This document shows, piece by piece, positions 24,972-34,384 of a stretch of DNA of 64,000 nt (within the stretch, counting starts at the first letter, position 1; each line of letters begins with the position of its first letter). This stretch comes from Candidatus Latescibacterota bacterium (GTDB lineage Bacteria; Latescibacterota; UBA2968; UBA8231): assembly GCA_965261395.1 (NCBI GenBank), contig OZ253462.1, positions 256,001-320,000 on the forward strand, read 5' to 3'. The translations under genes were made by a program, and so were the position numbers. The notes below the pieces were generated by a model that was not told the origin of the DNA, ran no database searches, and saw only the letters and a list, made by a program, of their open reading frames with translations.

Positions 24972-25140
24972 GTGCCTTCATCGAACAGAGTGCCCGCACT
25001 ACGTCGGGTTATCTGTTGAATAAAATAGCCTGTATTCGGCACAGGGTAGCTCCCTGAAGCCCGGCGAATAGGCAGAACTATCTCAATCACTCTGTGAGAT
25101 GGAGGCATGGCCCGGCACCCTGCAGGGTCGTTGGCTCTTT
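24972..25140 (+). ncRNA. Candidate structured non-coding RNA, family unassigned
   Basis: Nested complementarity GTGCCTTCATC/GATGGAGGCAT, ACAGAGTG/CACTCTGT, GCCTGTATTCG/CGAATAGGC, CAGGG/CCCTG; upstream promoter and a 3' hairpin. Confidence 0.45.
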
Positions 25141-25615
25141 ATACTCAGCGGAGGAGCGGCGAGAAAGTTCTGACTTAAAAAATATCCCGAACATAACTAA
25201 GCATCTTTTTAGAGCCGTTTTTTTTAGATCTATCTGAAAACGTGTTCACGGAGTTCTCTGATCATCGTGGTTTTGTAACCATGACGATTAGGTGTACGGC
25301 CTCGTACTACTCCATATAGAATTTCCACTTATATCACGGCAGATCAACCCATTGAAAGGGAGGGGAATTTTTGCCATGAACAAAATTCTTGTGATTGCTT
25401 TCTGCGCTATCAGTCTGTTCTCGGCGCGAGGTATCGAAGCCCAGAACGCCGAGAAGAAGAGTGGGGATATGAAATAATAATGATCAGACGACTTTGATAG
25501 TAATCCGATTAAAAAAAGGAGACAACCCGATGCGAACTCTCTCAGTTTCAGGTCTTGGCAGTGTGTTATTTGAAATTGATGTGAACGACCCATTTACGTA
25601 CAGGAAGGCTAAGGC

Positions 25616-26332
25616 ATGAGCGATAACTACCGATTGTTGTTGTTGGAGGCGGCGCGGCTTTACGAGAAACATGAAGCCGGACGCCCGGAGCCTTTCGATG
25701 AACCCGCGCTACGGGAGTCGGTTGCCCAGTACCTGCACTTGATCGCAAAGCTGACAGGTACGGACTATAAGGAGGCCTATATGACGGACTTGAAGGAACT
25801 TTGCCTGAAAGACAACAACCTCGTTCTCGTCCATGACTTGCAAGAGGCTATGGTCGAAGCGAGAGTTTCACTATTGCACAAGCTGTGGCAAGAGATCGCT
25901 TGTAAGCTGAAGGAGGAAATTACGGATCTTCCCGACCTCTCCGAAGAAGATTCGGACATCACCGAAGAGAGGATCAGGCGTTTTATCCAGGAAAACTCCA
26001 GATACCACGGCATATGGTATAAGTTTGGCCATCATGCCTTTCTCGGCGTTGAGGTTGGAGATTCTATTTACTTCGGCGTCCTATGCCCAAAAGAAGAAAG
26101 CGAAGACGAGTACAACAGGCTCAAGGAAGTACTTGAGAAAGTTCCCGGGCAAGGCCATAGCGACGAATCATGGCCTTGGTATCAAGATGCCCCTGATCTG
26201 AATCTGAAATGCCCGACCCGCGAGGACCTCAAACTGCTGGCAAACGAACGAGAGAGGCAGAGTTATGTCGCGGAAGTGGTGTATGGCGTAGGTAAGCTAT
26301 GGAGAAGCATCAATGATAGCGGCCTCGCTTGA
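25616..26332 (+). pseudogene. PD-(D/E)XK nuclease family gene apparently lacking its catalytic core (in-frame internal deletion)
   Basis: The N-terminal helix ends at ...RPEPF and joins directly to DEPALRESVAQYLHLIAKLTG, which normally follows the nuclease domain; no IDI/IENK motifs. RBS GGAAGG. Lower GC. Confidence 0.45.
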
Positions 26333-26799
26333 CGTCGCCGCGATAAAATAAGGATAAAGAAGAGATGATGCCCCTTAAAGCGGGTGAACCTACCGCGTCT
26401 TTACGTGCGCGTACTGCAGTATTTTTCGATCAACCGTGGGCAGCTCACAGTCGTACTCGCGGGCGGTTGCAACGATGATTTGATCGGCCGGGTCGCGGTG
26501 AAATTCACCTTCCTGAACATGTTAGAAGCTGTTTTAGTTTCGAGTCCCTCTCGTTGCTTTCTCATACTCTCTGTTCTGCGTCGTTTTCATGTCTCAATAT
26601 GTGTCTTTGGTCTGCAAATATCAACGCATCTCATAAATGCTAGGACCGGCCCTTGGGCCTCACCTGTACCCCGTCGGACATCGCCTAGCACGTGTCGCCG
26701 GAACAACACCTCGGCTTCCGGCCCAACGGCAATAGCGCCTATTGCGCTGCCGCCGCTGAGCCCTTATCGTAGCCATTTTTCTACGTCTCCGAGGAAACC

Positions 26800-27813
26800 A
26801 TGTCCAATACACCCACCATCCAAACCACAACCGTCGGCTCCTACCCCGTCCCGGAATGGCTCCAAGCCCTGCCCTCTGAGCAGGGCCTCGTCGATGCCAC
26901 CCGCGTGGTGTTCGACACCCAGCGCCAAGCCGGCATTGACCTACCCACCGACGGCGAGCTGTACCGCTTCGACATCAACCATCCGGACACCAACGGCATG
27001 ATCGAGTACTTCGTCCGGCCCATGGGCGGCACCCGCGCGGAATTTGGCCGCCGCGAGGCCGAGGAATTCGCCGCCAAACAAAGTATGGACTTCCGGGCCA
27101 AGCCCGCGGCCGTGGTGGAAACCGAACTCGGCGCGGGCAGCCTCGACCTGTTCGCCGACTGCGCCCGCGCCGCAGCCGTGGCCGGCGGCCCCTTCAAGTT
27201 CACCCTGACCAGCCCCTACATGCTGGCCCGCACCCTCCTCGATCACCACTACGGCGACTTTGCCGCGCTCTTGATGGCCGTTGCCCACGTCCTCGCCGAC
27301 CAAGTCCGCGGCCTGCCCTGCGCCTGCGTCCAAATCGACGAGGCCAATATCCCCGGCAACCCAGCCGATGGCCCCCTCGCAGCCCGCGCCATCAACGCCG
27401 TACTCGACAGCATCGACACAGGCACCCAAAAGGCCGTCCACTTCTGCTTTGGCAACTACGGCGGCCAGACTATCCAGCAGGGCAAGTGGCGCGCCCTGCT
27501 CGACTTTCTCAACGGGCTGCGCGCCGATCATTTAGTGCTCGAACTCGCCCACCGCCCGGCAAGCGACCTGAGCGCCCTGCGACACATCGACCCGCGCATC
27601 GGCATCGGCATCGGCGTGATCGACATCAAGGTCAACCACATCGAGACGGCCGAAGCAATCGCCCGCCGCATAGAAGCCGCTGCCGCCGCTGCCGGACCCG
27701 ACCGCATCCGCTTCATCCACCCAGACTGCGGCTTTTGGATGCTCAAACGCTCCATCGCCGACCGCAAGATCGAGGCATTGGCCGAAGGACGGGATCTGTA
27801 CTTGGGAATCTAG
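26800..27813 (+). CDS. Cobalamin-independent methionine synthase II family (MetE C-terminal domain only)
   Basis: TTTVGSYPVP, QRQAGIDLPTDGE, QIDEAN, HFCFGNY, LELA, HPDCGF zinc ligands. Confidence 0.88.
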   Translation: MSNTPTIQTTTVGSYPVPEWLQALPSEQGLVDATRVVFDTQRQAGIDLPTDGELYRFDINHPDTNGMIEYFVRPMGGTRAEFGRREAEEFAAKQSMDFRAKPAAVVETELGAGSLDLFADCARAAAVAGGPFKFTLTSPYMLARTLLDHHYGDFAALLMAVAHVLADQVRGLPCACVQIDEANIPGNPADGPLAARAINAVLDSIDTGTQKAVHFCFGNYGGQTIQQGKWRALLDFLNGLRADHLVLELAHRPASDLSALRHIDPRIGIGIGVIDIKVNHIETAEAIARRIEAAAAAAGPDRIRFIHPDCGFWMLKRSIADRKIEALAEGRDLYLGI

Positions 27814-27823
27814 TTAGACACTC

Positions 27824-28558
27824 TTAAGGACTAGTGCGGCGCATGATGCTGAGGATCTGGCCGGTCATGCCGCTGGCTGGGGGTTGAGCGGCGAGGAAAA
27901 GTGCCGAGGCGACGACCTGTTCTGGCTCCTTCCACGGGTCGCTCGCGGCGCGGAAGCTGCTAGCTGCTTGCCAAGATGGTTTTGACAGCTCCGTCTTGAC
28001 CGGGCCGGGTATGAGAACGTTGGCGATGATGCCCTCGCTCCACACTTCTTCTGCAATGGCTTGGGTCAACCCGTGCAAGGCCGCTTTAGACGCGCAATAG
28101 ACGCTGAGGTCCGCGTGGCCGACTTGGCCCATGCCGGAGCCGACGTTGATGATGTTCCCACTGCCCTGTCGCTGCATAATGGGCAATACCGCGCGGCAAC
28201 AGCGGACGACGCCCATGACGTTAATTTGCCACGCCTGCTCCCACTGTTCATCTGTCGCGTCTAAAAACAGCCCGCGCGGATTGACGCCGGCGTTGTTGAC
28301 GAGAATATCGATCCGACCGAACCGCTCTACTGTTTTCTGCACGAGGCGTTCCACCGCTGCGCGCTCCCGCAAATCGGTCGGCACAGCGAGGGCTTCACCG
28401 CCCTGCGCAGCAATCGCCGCGGCAACCTCGTCGAGTTGCGCCGTACTGCGCGCGGCAATGGCGACCTGCGCCCCTTCGGCAGCGTAGCCCATAGCAATAG
28501 CGCGACCAATGCCGCGACCTCCGCCCGTGATGAGGGCGACTTTGTCTTTGAGTTGCAT
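27824..28558 (-). CDS. SDR family oxidoreductase
   Basis: ITGGGRGIG, LVNNAG, YCASK. Confidence 0.92.
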   Translation of the reverse strand: MQLKDKVALITGGGRGIGRAIAMGYAAEGAQVAIAARSTAQLDEVAAAIAAQGGEALAVPTDLRERAAVERLVQKTVERFGRIDILVNNAGVNPRGLFLDATDEQWEQAWQINVMGVVRCCRAVLPIMQRQGSGNIINVGSGMGQVGHADLSVYCASKAALHGLTQAIAEEVWSEGIIANVLIPGPVKTELSKPSWQAASSFRAASDPWKEPEQVVASALFLAAQPPASGMTGQILSIMRRTSP

Positions 28559-28565
28559 AGTTGAG

Positions 28566-29537
28566 TTATTCGCGCAAGTACCCGGCGACCTCTTTGGCAA
28601 AATAAGTCAAGATCATGTCTGCGCCGGCCCGCTTAATCCCAGTCAACACCTCCATAACGGCCTGCTCGCGCTGGACCCACCCCCGCTCTACAGCCGCCAC
28701 AATCATCCCGTACTCGCCGGAGACATTGTACGCGGCAATCGGCACGTCAAAGGCTTGGCGAGCGGCGGCAATTACGTCGAGATAGGCCAGCGCCGGCTTG
28801 ACCATCACCACGTCGGCTCCTTCCTCAATGTCGAGCGCGATTTCTTTGAGTGCCTCGCGGCCATTGGCCGGATCCATCTGATAGGTCTTCTTGTCGCCCT
28901 TCTTGGGTGCCGACTGGAGCGCGTCGCGGAACGGGCCGTAAAAGCACGAGGCGTATTTAGCCGAATACGCCAAGATACCGACGTTTTTATAACCGGCCGC
29001 GTCGAGTGCCCGGCGGATGCCTCCGACCCGGCCGTCCATCATGTCTGAGGGTGCGACCCAATCGACGCCCGCTTCGGCGTGCGAAAGCGCCATCTTGCAC
29101 AGCACCTCTACGGTCTCGTCGTTGACGACCTCGTCATCGACGACCAAGCCGTCGTGGCCGTGGTGAGTATAGGGGTCGAGGGCCACATCGGTCTGCACGC
29201 AGAGCTCGGGCACCGAAGCTTTGAGGCTGCGGATTGCTCGTTGGATCAAGCCCTGCGGGTCGTAGGACTGGGTGGCCTGATCGTCCTTGTGGGTCGAGTA
29301 GCCAAAGAGATTGACCGCTGGGATGCCCAGCTCCCACAGCTCGCGGCATTCATCGACCAACTCGTCAACCGAGAAGCGATATTGGCCGGGCATGTCGTCG
29401 ATGGGTGCGCGCGTTTTTTCGCCTTCGGTGACAAACAGCGGGCAAATCAGATCATCGACGCGCAAGTGGGTCTCGCGCACCAAGCTGCGCACTGCTTCTG
29501 AGCGCCTGAGTCGTCGGGGCCTCTTGGTCAATTCCAC
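28566..29537 (-). CDS. hemB: Porphobilinogen synthase (delta-aminolevulinate dehydratase)
   Basis: RPRRLR, DVALDPYTHHGHDG, APSDMMDGR, YSAKYASCFYGPFRDA, MVKPA. Confidence 0.97.
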   Translation of the reverse strand: MELTKRPRRLRRSEAVRSLVRETHLRVDDLICPLFVTEGEKTRAPIDDMPGQYRFSVDELVDECRELWELGIPAVNLFGYSTHKDDQATQSYDPQGLIQRAIRSLKASVPELCVQTDVALDPYTHHGHDGLVVDDEVVNDETVEVLCKMALSHAEAGVDWVAPSDMMDGRVGGIRRALDAAGYKNVGILAYSAKYASCFYGPFRDALQSAPKKGDKKTYQMDPANGREALKEIALDIEEGADVVMVKPALAYLDVIAAARQAFDVPIAAYNVSGEYGMIVAAVERGWVQREQAVMEVLTGIKRAGADMILTYFAKEVAGYLRE

Positions 29538-29681
29538 GGCAGTCTCCTAGTCAAATTCCTCTTCGAGCGAGCGAGGCAGATTGGGGTTATCGCACAGACT
29601 AATGTTAAAAGATCGTCTAGCGGAAGCAATTCAGACGCAGGGTTTCAAGCGGAACCTTCAAAGAGAATGGGACAACCGTGC

Positions 29682-30974
29682 TCACAGACAAAATTTCAGA
29701 AACTCGTCCTCTGTTTTCTCGCACCATGCTCGCAGGCGACGGCGATGATCGTCGAGCTCATCCTTGAACCGCGCGTTGACGGCGAGGTTGACCATTTCGC
29801 CCGGATCTGTTTGCAGATCGACGAGCTGTTCGCGGTAGCGGCCCATGGGATAGGCGCTGTATTTGTAGCGGTCGGTTAGCACGGCACGCGAAGCACCGCC
29901 ACCGCCTGGGCCCGAGCCAATGTCCATGATGGTTTCAACGACGAGGTCACTGCGCCATTCGGGAGCGTTGCCCTCGGCAAGCGGTCGCAGGCTCAGCCCT
30001 TCGAGGCCATCGGGGACGCTCGCACCGCCGACATCGCATAGCGTGGGCAGCAAGTCGAGGCCGAGGGAGACGAGATGGGTGTTGTCAACGCTACCGGCCC
30101 GCGTGATCCCTTTGTAGCTGATAATAAAAGGAATGTTGATAACCTCTTCGTAGAGGCTGGTTTTTTGATTCCAGTTGTGGGCACCGTGCCCATCGCCGTG
30201 ATCTGAGGTGAAGACGATATAGGTCTCTTCTTCGAGGTCGAGGTCGCGCAGACCATTGAGCAGCACGCCGATTTCAGCATCGACTTTTTCGCACAGGCGA
30301 TAGTAGTAAAATCGGAGCCGTCGCCAGTCGTCTTCAGTGTATTCGATGGTGGAATAGACGCGGCGGTTGGCCTGCCGCAGCATCTGCAGGATGTCGGGTG
30401 CATAGGGTGGGATGGCAAAGTTTGCGGGCAGATTCGGGCATTCTTCTACGGTGGCCGGTTCCGGCACCGGTCCTTGCGGCAGCGGCTGACTGCGCGCGAC
30501 TTGGCAGATGTCGTGGGGATTGAGGAATGACGCGAAGAGGAAGAAGGGATTGTCGCGGTCGCGCTGCATGAATTCGATGGCGCGCTGAGGCACCTCGTCG
30601 TCGCGACTGCCGCAGATGACTTCGAGGCCGCTTTCTTCGGGCGTGGTGCCGGGGACATGCCATTTTCCCGACAGGGCGCAGTCATACCCTGCGTTGGCGA
30701 GGAGGTTGCCGAGCGTTCGGCCTCTGTACTCGGGCTTGATTGGTGTGTTATTGCTGGTCGCGCCATTTTGATGGGAAAAAAGACCAGTCATAAAGCTGGC
30801 GCGCTGGGGGCCGCACAAGGGATGCGTGCAATAGGCGCGGGTGAACCGTACCCCCGTTGCGGCGAGGCTGTCCATATTGGGGGTGTACACGTCGGGGTTG
30901 CCGGCACAGGACATGGCTCCGGCGTATTGCTGGTCCGTGATGATGAAGAGAATATTGGGACGATGTTTTGGCAT
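29682..30974 (-). CDS. Sulfatase-like hydrolase
   Basis: RPNILFIITDQ, CGPQRASFMTG (CxPxR), GKWH, NPHD, FTSDHG. Confidence 0.93.
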   Translation of the reverse strand: MPKHRPNILFIITDQQYAGAMSCAGNPDVYTPNMDSLAATGVRFTRAYCTHPLCGPQRASFMTGLFSHQNGATSNNTPIKPEYRGRTLGNLLANAGYDCALSGKWHVPGTTPEESGLEVICGSRDDEVPQRAIEFMQRDRDNPFFLFASFLNPHDICQVARSQPLPQGPVPEPATVEECPNLPANFAIPPYAPDILQMLRQANRRVYSTIEYTEDDWRRLRFYYYRLCEKVDAEIGVLLNGLRDLDLEEETYIVFTSDHGDGHGAHNWNQKTSLYEEVINIPFIISYKGITRAGSVDNTHLVSLGLDLLPTLCDVGGASVPDGLEGLSLRPLAEGNAPEWRSDLVVETIMDIGSGPGGGGASRAVLTDRYKYSAYPMGRYREQLVDLQTDPGEMVNLAVNARFKDELDDHRRRLRAWCEKTEDEFLKFCL

Positions 30975-31129
30975 ACTTGATCTTCGCTCCTATCTAGTCT
31001 TCAGGCGGAAGGCGAAAATACGAATCAGCAGATGGAACGTCCAACGCCGAAGTAACAAACCGTCCTCGACATCGTTCTATAAGCGTGTGCACACGAGAAT
31101 TGTTCAACACCTGACATCACGGAGATGCA

Positions 31130-31651
31130 ATGCACGTAGAACAGGCGGTTGAAAGATACGGGCCACTGGTCATGAGTCTGATATGGCGGATCAACGGAAA
31201 CCAAGAAGAGACAGCCGATCTCTACCAAGAAGTATTCGTGAAGTTCCACGAGACTACGAGCGAGCGCGGTCCGCTGCAACAGCCCAAGGCGTGGTTGTGT
31301 CGCACGGCGATCAATGCCGCCATCGATTTCAACCGTCAGCGAGCGCGATTTGTCTCTTGGAGCGAGTCGGCGGAGAAACCTCACAACTGGGAGGCGAACG
31401 ATGCACTCGAAAATGGTCTTATGGTCGAAAAGATCCGCCGTCTCACTGTGGATTTGCCCGAGCGCCGCAGAGAAGTCTTCGTCCTCCGCTACTTCCAAGG
31501 CTGTTCCTTCGAGCAGATCGCCCGGCTGCTAAATTGCTCTGCGGGAGCAGCACGTGCCGCAGCGTTCCAAGCATCAAAACAAATTCGCGCGTGGCTCACC
31601 TGCGACAGTCCATCCGCAACGACATCAAACCCCAAGGAAGCTAACCGATGA
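31130..31651 (+). CDS. ECF RNA polymerase sigma factor
   Basis: DLYQEVF...KAWLCRTAINAAIDFNR (region 2) and LPERRREVFVLRYFQGCSFEQIA (region 4). Confidence 0.9.
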   Translation: MHVEQAVERYGPLVMSLIWRINGNQEETADLYQEVFVKFHETTSERGPLQQPKAWLCRTAINAAIDFNRQRARFVSWSESAEKPHNWEANDALENGLMVEKIRRLTVDLPERRREVFVLRYFQGCSFEQIARLLNCSAGAARAAAFQASKQIRAWLTCDSPSATTSNPKEANR

Positions 31652-32523
31652 TTACGACTGAGCAGTTTGAACACAAACTCATCGAATACCTCGACGGCGA
31701 ACTGTCCGACGCCGAGAAGCGAGAAGTAGAGGAGTACCTGCAGGCCCATCCCGAAGCCATCGAGCTCAAAGGCGATTTCTCCCTGCTGTGCGCGGCCGGA
31801 AAATCAATCCGCGAGTCCGCCTTTCCCGCAGATTTGCTCTTGGAAGCCAATCGCAAGCTCACCGCTCGTCTGGCCGATTCGCGTCCCGAGGATGCGACCT
31901 CCACCCCCGTCGCGTCGAGCAATGGATCGCCGGAGATCGCCCCCAGCCGGACCTGGCTGCCGAACCTCCGGCGGCGGTTGCGGCCGCCCGTGCTAGCCGC
32001 CGCACTCGCCGCGCTAGCGATCCTCCTAGTAGGTGCTGTCACTCAGAGGGCAGCCCTCGCTGACATTGCCAACAGCCTACTACACGCGGTGACCTTCAAC
32101 GACGAGCCCCTGTCCGATAGCCAACAGCAGGCGTTCGACGACCTTGTTGAGATCACGGAAACCGTAGATGAGAATGGCGATCAGGCCGTCACCGTCAACT
32201 TCGGTGGTGCGACCGAGGCCACCGTCGATCAAATTCTCCAAAAACTCGGAGACGAAGACGGTGTCCTGAAAATGGTAATCAGCGACGACTCAAGCACAGT
32301 AAGTGTAGTCAACCTCGTTTCGAGCCGTGCCATGCTTGATTTGTTTTCCGCCGTGTCTCCGGACGACATCACCGAGGAAGACGGTGTCCTGAAAGTAGTT
32401 CTCGATTCACTACCCGCACTACCTGCCGCGAAGATCGGCTCCCAGTCTCCGGGCGTCGCCGAGGATAAGAGCTGGGGCGACATCAAGAGAGCCGCCGGTT
32501 CCACCACCGACCACTCTCACTGA
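31648..32523 (+). CDS. Membrane-anchored anti-sigma factor
   Basis: Overlaps the sigma gene stop; LIEYLDGELSDAEKREVEEYL (zf-HC2-like without Cys), one transmembrane helix, extracytoplasmic tail. Confidence 0.8.
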   Translation: MITTEQFEHKLIEYLDGELSDAEKREVEEYLQAHPEAIELKGDFSLLCAAGKSIRESAFPADLLLEANRKLTARLADSRPEDATSTPVASSNGSPEIAPSRTWLPNLRRRLRPPVLAAALAALAILLVGAVTQRAALADIANSLLHAVTFNDEPLSDSQQQAFDDLVEITETVDENGDQAVTVNFGGATEATVDQILQKLGDEDGVLKMVISDDSSTVSVVNLVSSRAMLDLFSAVSPDDITEEDGVLKVVLDSLPALPAAKIGSQSPGVAEDKSWGDIKRAAGSTTDHSH

Positions 32524-32563
32524 TCAAGCGGATCGCTCGGCTTCAAGCCAAGCCTTCAAAGAG

Positions 32564-32610
32564 AACGGGCCCTAGGTCATCATCGACCGGGGGCCGTTTG
32601 TCTTTCCTTT
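32564..32610. terminator. Probable terminator hairpin between convergent genes
   Basis: AACGG-GCCCTAGGTC...GACCGGGGG-CCGTT followed by a T-rich tail. Confidence 0.45.
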
Positions 32611-32675
32611 CTTGGAGTGTCGATTCAGCGGAACCAAGCACCCCAAGCGATCCCAACGGATAGAATATCCATCGC

Positions 32676-33485
32676 TTATTGCGTCGCGCTTGCTTGCAGG
32701 GATTCAAGCGTTGCGAGTATTTCTTCGAGTGTACGGCGCTGTTGTTCGGTACGATCGATTGTCGCATGACCATCGAAGAGCTGATGTCCGTAGTAACCAA
32801 ACTGCGAGTGATTGCCGCCGACGATTTCGATCCATTGCGTGTGTTCTGGAAGATTCCGCTTCGTCGATTCGATCATTTCCACCGTTGCAATACCGTCATT
32901 GCTGGCGAAGACCTTCTTTACTGGAACCACAATGTTGGATAGATCGAAGTCCTTTGGATGCGAAGTACCGATCAAAATGAGTGCGCTTACCAATGATCGA
33001 TCAGCGTGGACAAGTTCGGTCGCTATTCTGCCGCCTTTGGAATGTCCAGCGACAACCCACTTATCCACGGCTTCAGTTTGAGTAACGATCTGTTGCGCGC
33101 GGCTAATCGCCTCGCGTCTGTGGGATTTGAACGGAGCAAAGCGATAGGGCAGCTTCACGATTACCGCAATGAAGCCGTTTTCCGCAACAGCACGGATGAG
33201 AGGTGCGTAGGCGCTAGGCTCAACGCCACCACCGTGAAAGAACAGTAAGCCCATCGGACCTTTCGGCTCCGTAGGTGTAAACACAATCGCCTCGTCAGTG
33301 TCGGCGACAGTAATTTGGACGTTGCTTTGGAGTGTTTTCTCGTCGATGCCTCTTGCTCGGAATGAATCGTATAGCCAAAGTGTGAATGCAATACCGGCGG
33401 CGATCCAGACAATCCGAAAGATCCTCCAGATTCGCCGTCCAAGTCGCTTCGGGGGCTTCGAGGGAGTTTCATCAGTACGATTCAT
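32676..33485 (-). CDS. Alpha/beta hydrolase (Abhydrolase_5-like)
   Basis: LFFHGGGVEPSAYAP, AGHSKGG, IVGGNHSQFGYYG; N-terminal TM helix. Confidence 0.88.
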   Translation of the reverse strand: MNRTDETPSKPPKRLGRRIWRIFRIVWIAAGIAFTLWLYDSFRARGIDEKTLQSNVQITVADTDEAIVFTPTEPKGPMGLLFFHGGGVEPSAYAPLIRAVAENGFIAVIVKLPYRFAPFKSHRREAISRAQQIVTQTEAVDKWVVAGHSKGGRIATELVHADRSLVSALILIGTSHPKDFDLSNIVVPVKKVFASNDGIATVEMIESTKRNLPEHTQWIEIVGGNHSQFGYYGHQLFDGHATIDRTEQQRRTLEEILATLESLQASATQ

Positions 33486-33574
33486 AGCAGCACCATGCAA
33501 TGTTTTGTTGCTTAACTTGTAATTAATAGGACATCCAAATCAGACGCTCCGCACACAGATCCACAGGAAAGACA

Positions 33575-34264
33575 ATGAGCCATTCCGTCCGACGCCATCT
33601 GCGCGTTGAAATCGAGGCGTACGATAAGACCATTCGCGCTTTCATTCCCGCCTACGAAGAAATGCTAGCGCGAGCCGCAGACGCCGTTGCCGAAACCAAG
33701 CCGAAAAAAGTAATCGACCTCGGCGCTGGCACGGGCGCATTGGCGCAAGCCGTATTGCAGCGATGCGAGGGAGCCACGGTCGAGCTAATCGACGCCGACG
33801 CCGAGATGCTCGATCAGGCCCGCGAGCGGCTCGCACCCTTTGCTGCACGAGTGCAGTACACCGTGCGAGCGTTCCAAGGCCCGCTACCTGACTGCGACGC
33901 AGTGGTCGCCTCCCTCGCGTTGCACCACGTTCCCACAATGACCGAAAAACGGACGATCTTCAGCGCGATTCACGCCGCATTGCGCCCGGGCGGCGTGTTC
34001 GTCAACGCGGATGCGACCATGCCCGCCGACCCGTCCGTTCGCCAAGCCGAATACGAGACTTGGGCGGCCCACCTCGTCTCCTGCGGCATCGCCGAAGAAC
34101 GCGCCTATGGCCATTTTGAGGAATGGGCCGACGAAGACACTTACTTTCCCGTGGAAGACGAACTCGCCGCGCTGACAGACGCTGGTTTTGACGCGGCCTG
34201 CCTGTGGCGCGTCGTACCCGTCACAGTCATAAAAGCGGTTAAAGCCGCAGCACAGGGTGAGTGA
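33575..34264 (+). CDS. Class I SAM-dependent methyltransferase
   Basis: VIDLGAGTG, SLALHH, LRPGGVFVNAD. Confidence 0.9.
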   Translation: MSHSVRRHLRVEIEAYDKTIRAFIPAYEEMLARAADAVAETKPKKVIDLGAGTGALAQAVLQRCEGATVELIDADAEMLDQARERLAPFAARVQYTVRAFQGPLPDCDAVVASLALHHVPTMTEKRTIFSAIHAALRPGGVFVNADATMPADPSVRQAEYETWAAHLVSCGIAEERAYGHFEEWADEDTYFPVEDELAALTDAGFDAACLWRVVPVTVIKAVKAAAQGE

Positions 34265-34295
34265 CGAGCCGCAGCAGGAGACACCCGTGCGGCCC

Positions 34296-34323
34296 TGTCA
34301 TGCTGAGCGGAGCAAAGCATCTC
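34296..34323. repeat. REP-like element TGTCATGCTGAGCGGAGCAAAGCATCTC
   Basis: Resembles the GTCATGCTGAGC..AGCGAAGCATC intergenic repeat type; lies between convergent genes. Confidence 0.5.
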
Positions 34324-34384
34324 ATACCTAGCAGCGCATAGGCAGGACGATGCAGAACGCTGGCGAGCCGCAGAGGCCGAGCGG

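Noticed and set aside
24972-25108. Retron msr-msd interpretation of the inverted-repeat RNA
   Set aside because: No reverse transcriptase ORF is visible nearby or elsewhere in the window.
24683-25108. Long N-terminal extension of the nucleotidyltransferase ORF
   Set aside because: It runs through promoter, terminator and structured-RNA sequence; the recognisable domain starts at 24682.
26384-27001. 205-aa ORF upstream of the MetE-like gene
   Set aside because: It overlaps the real gene in another frame, has low-complexity composition and no motif.
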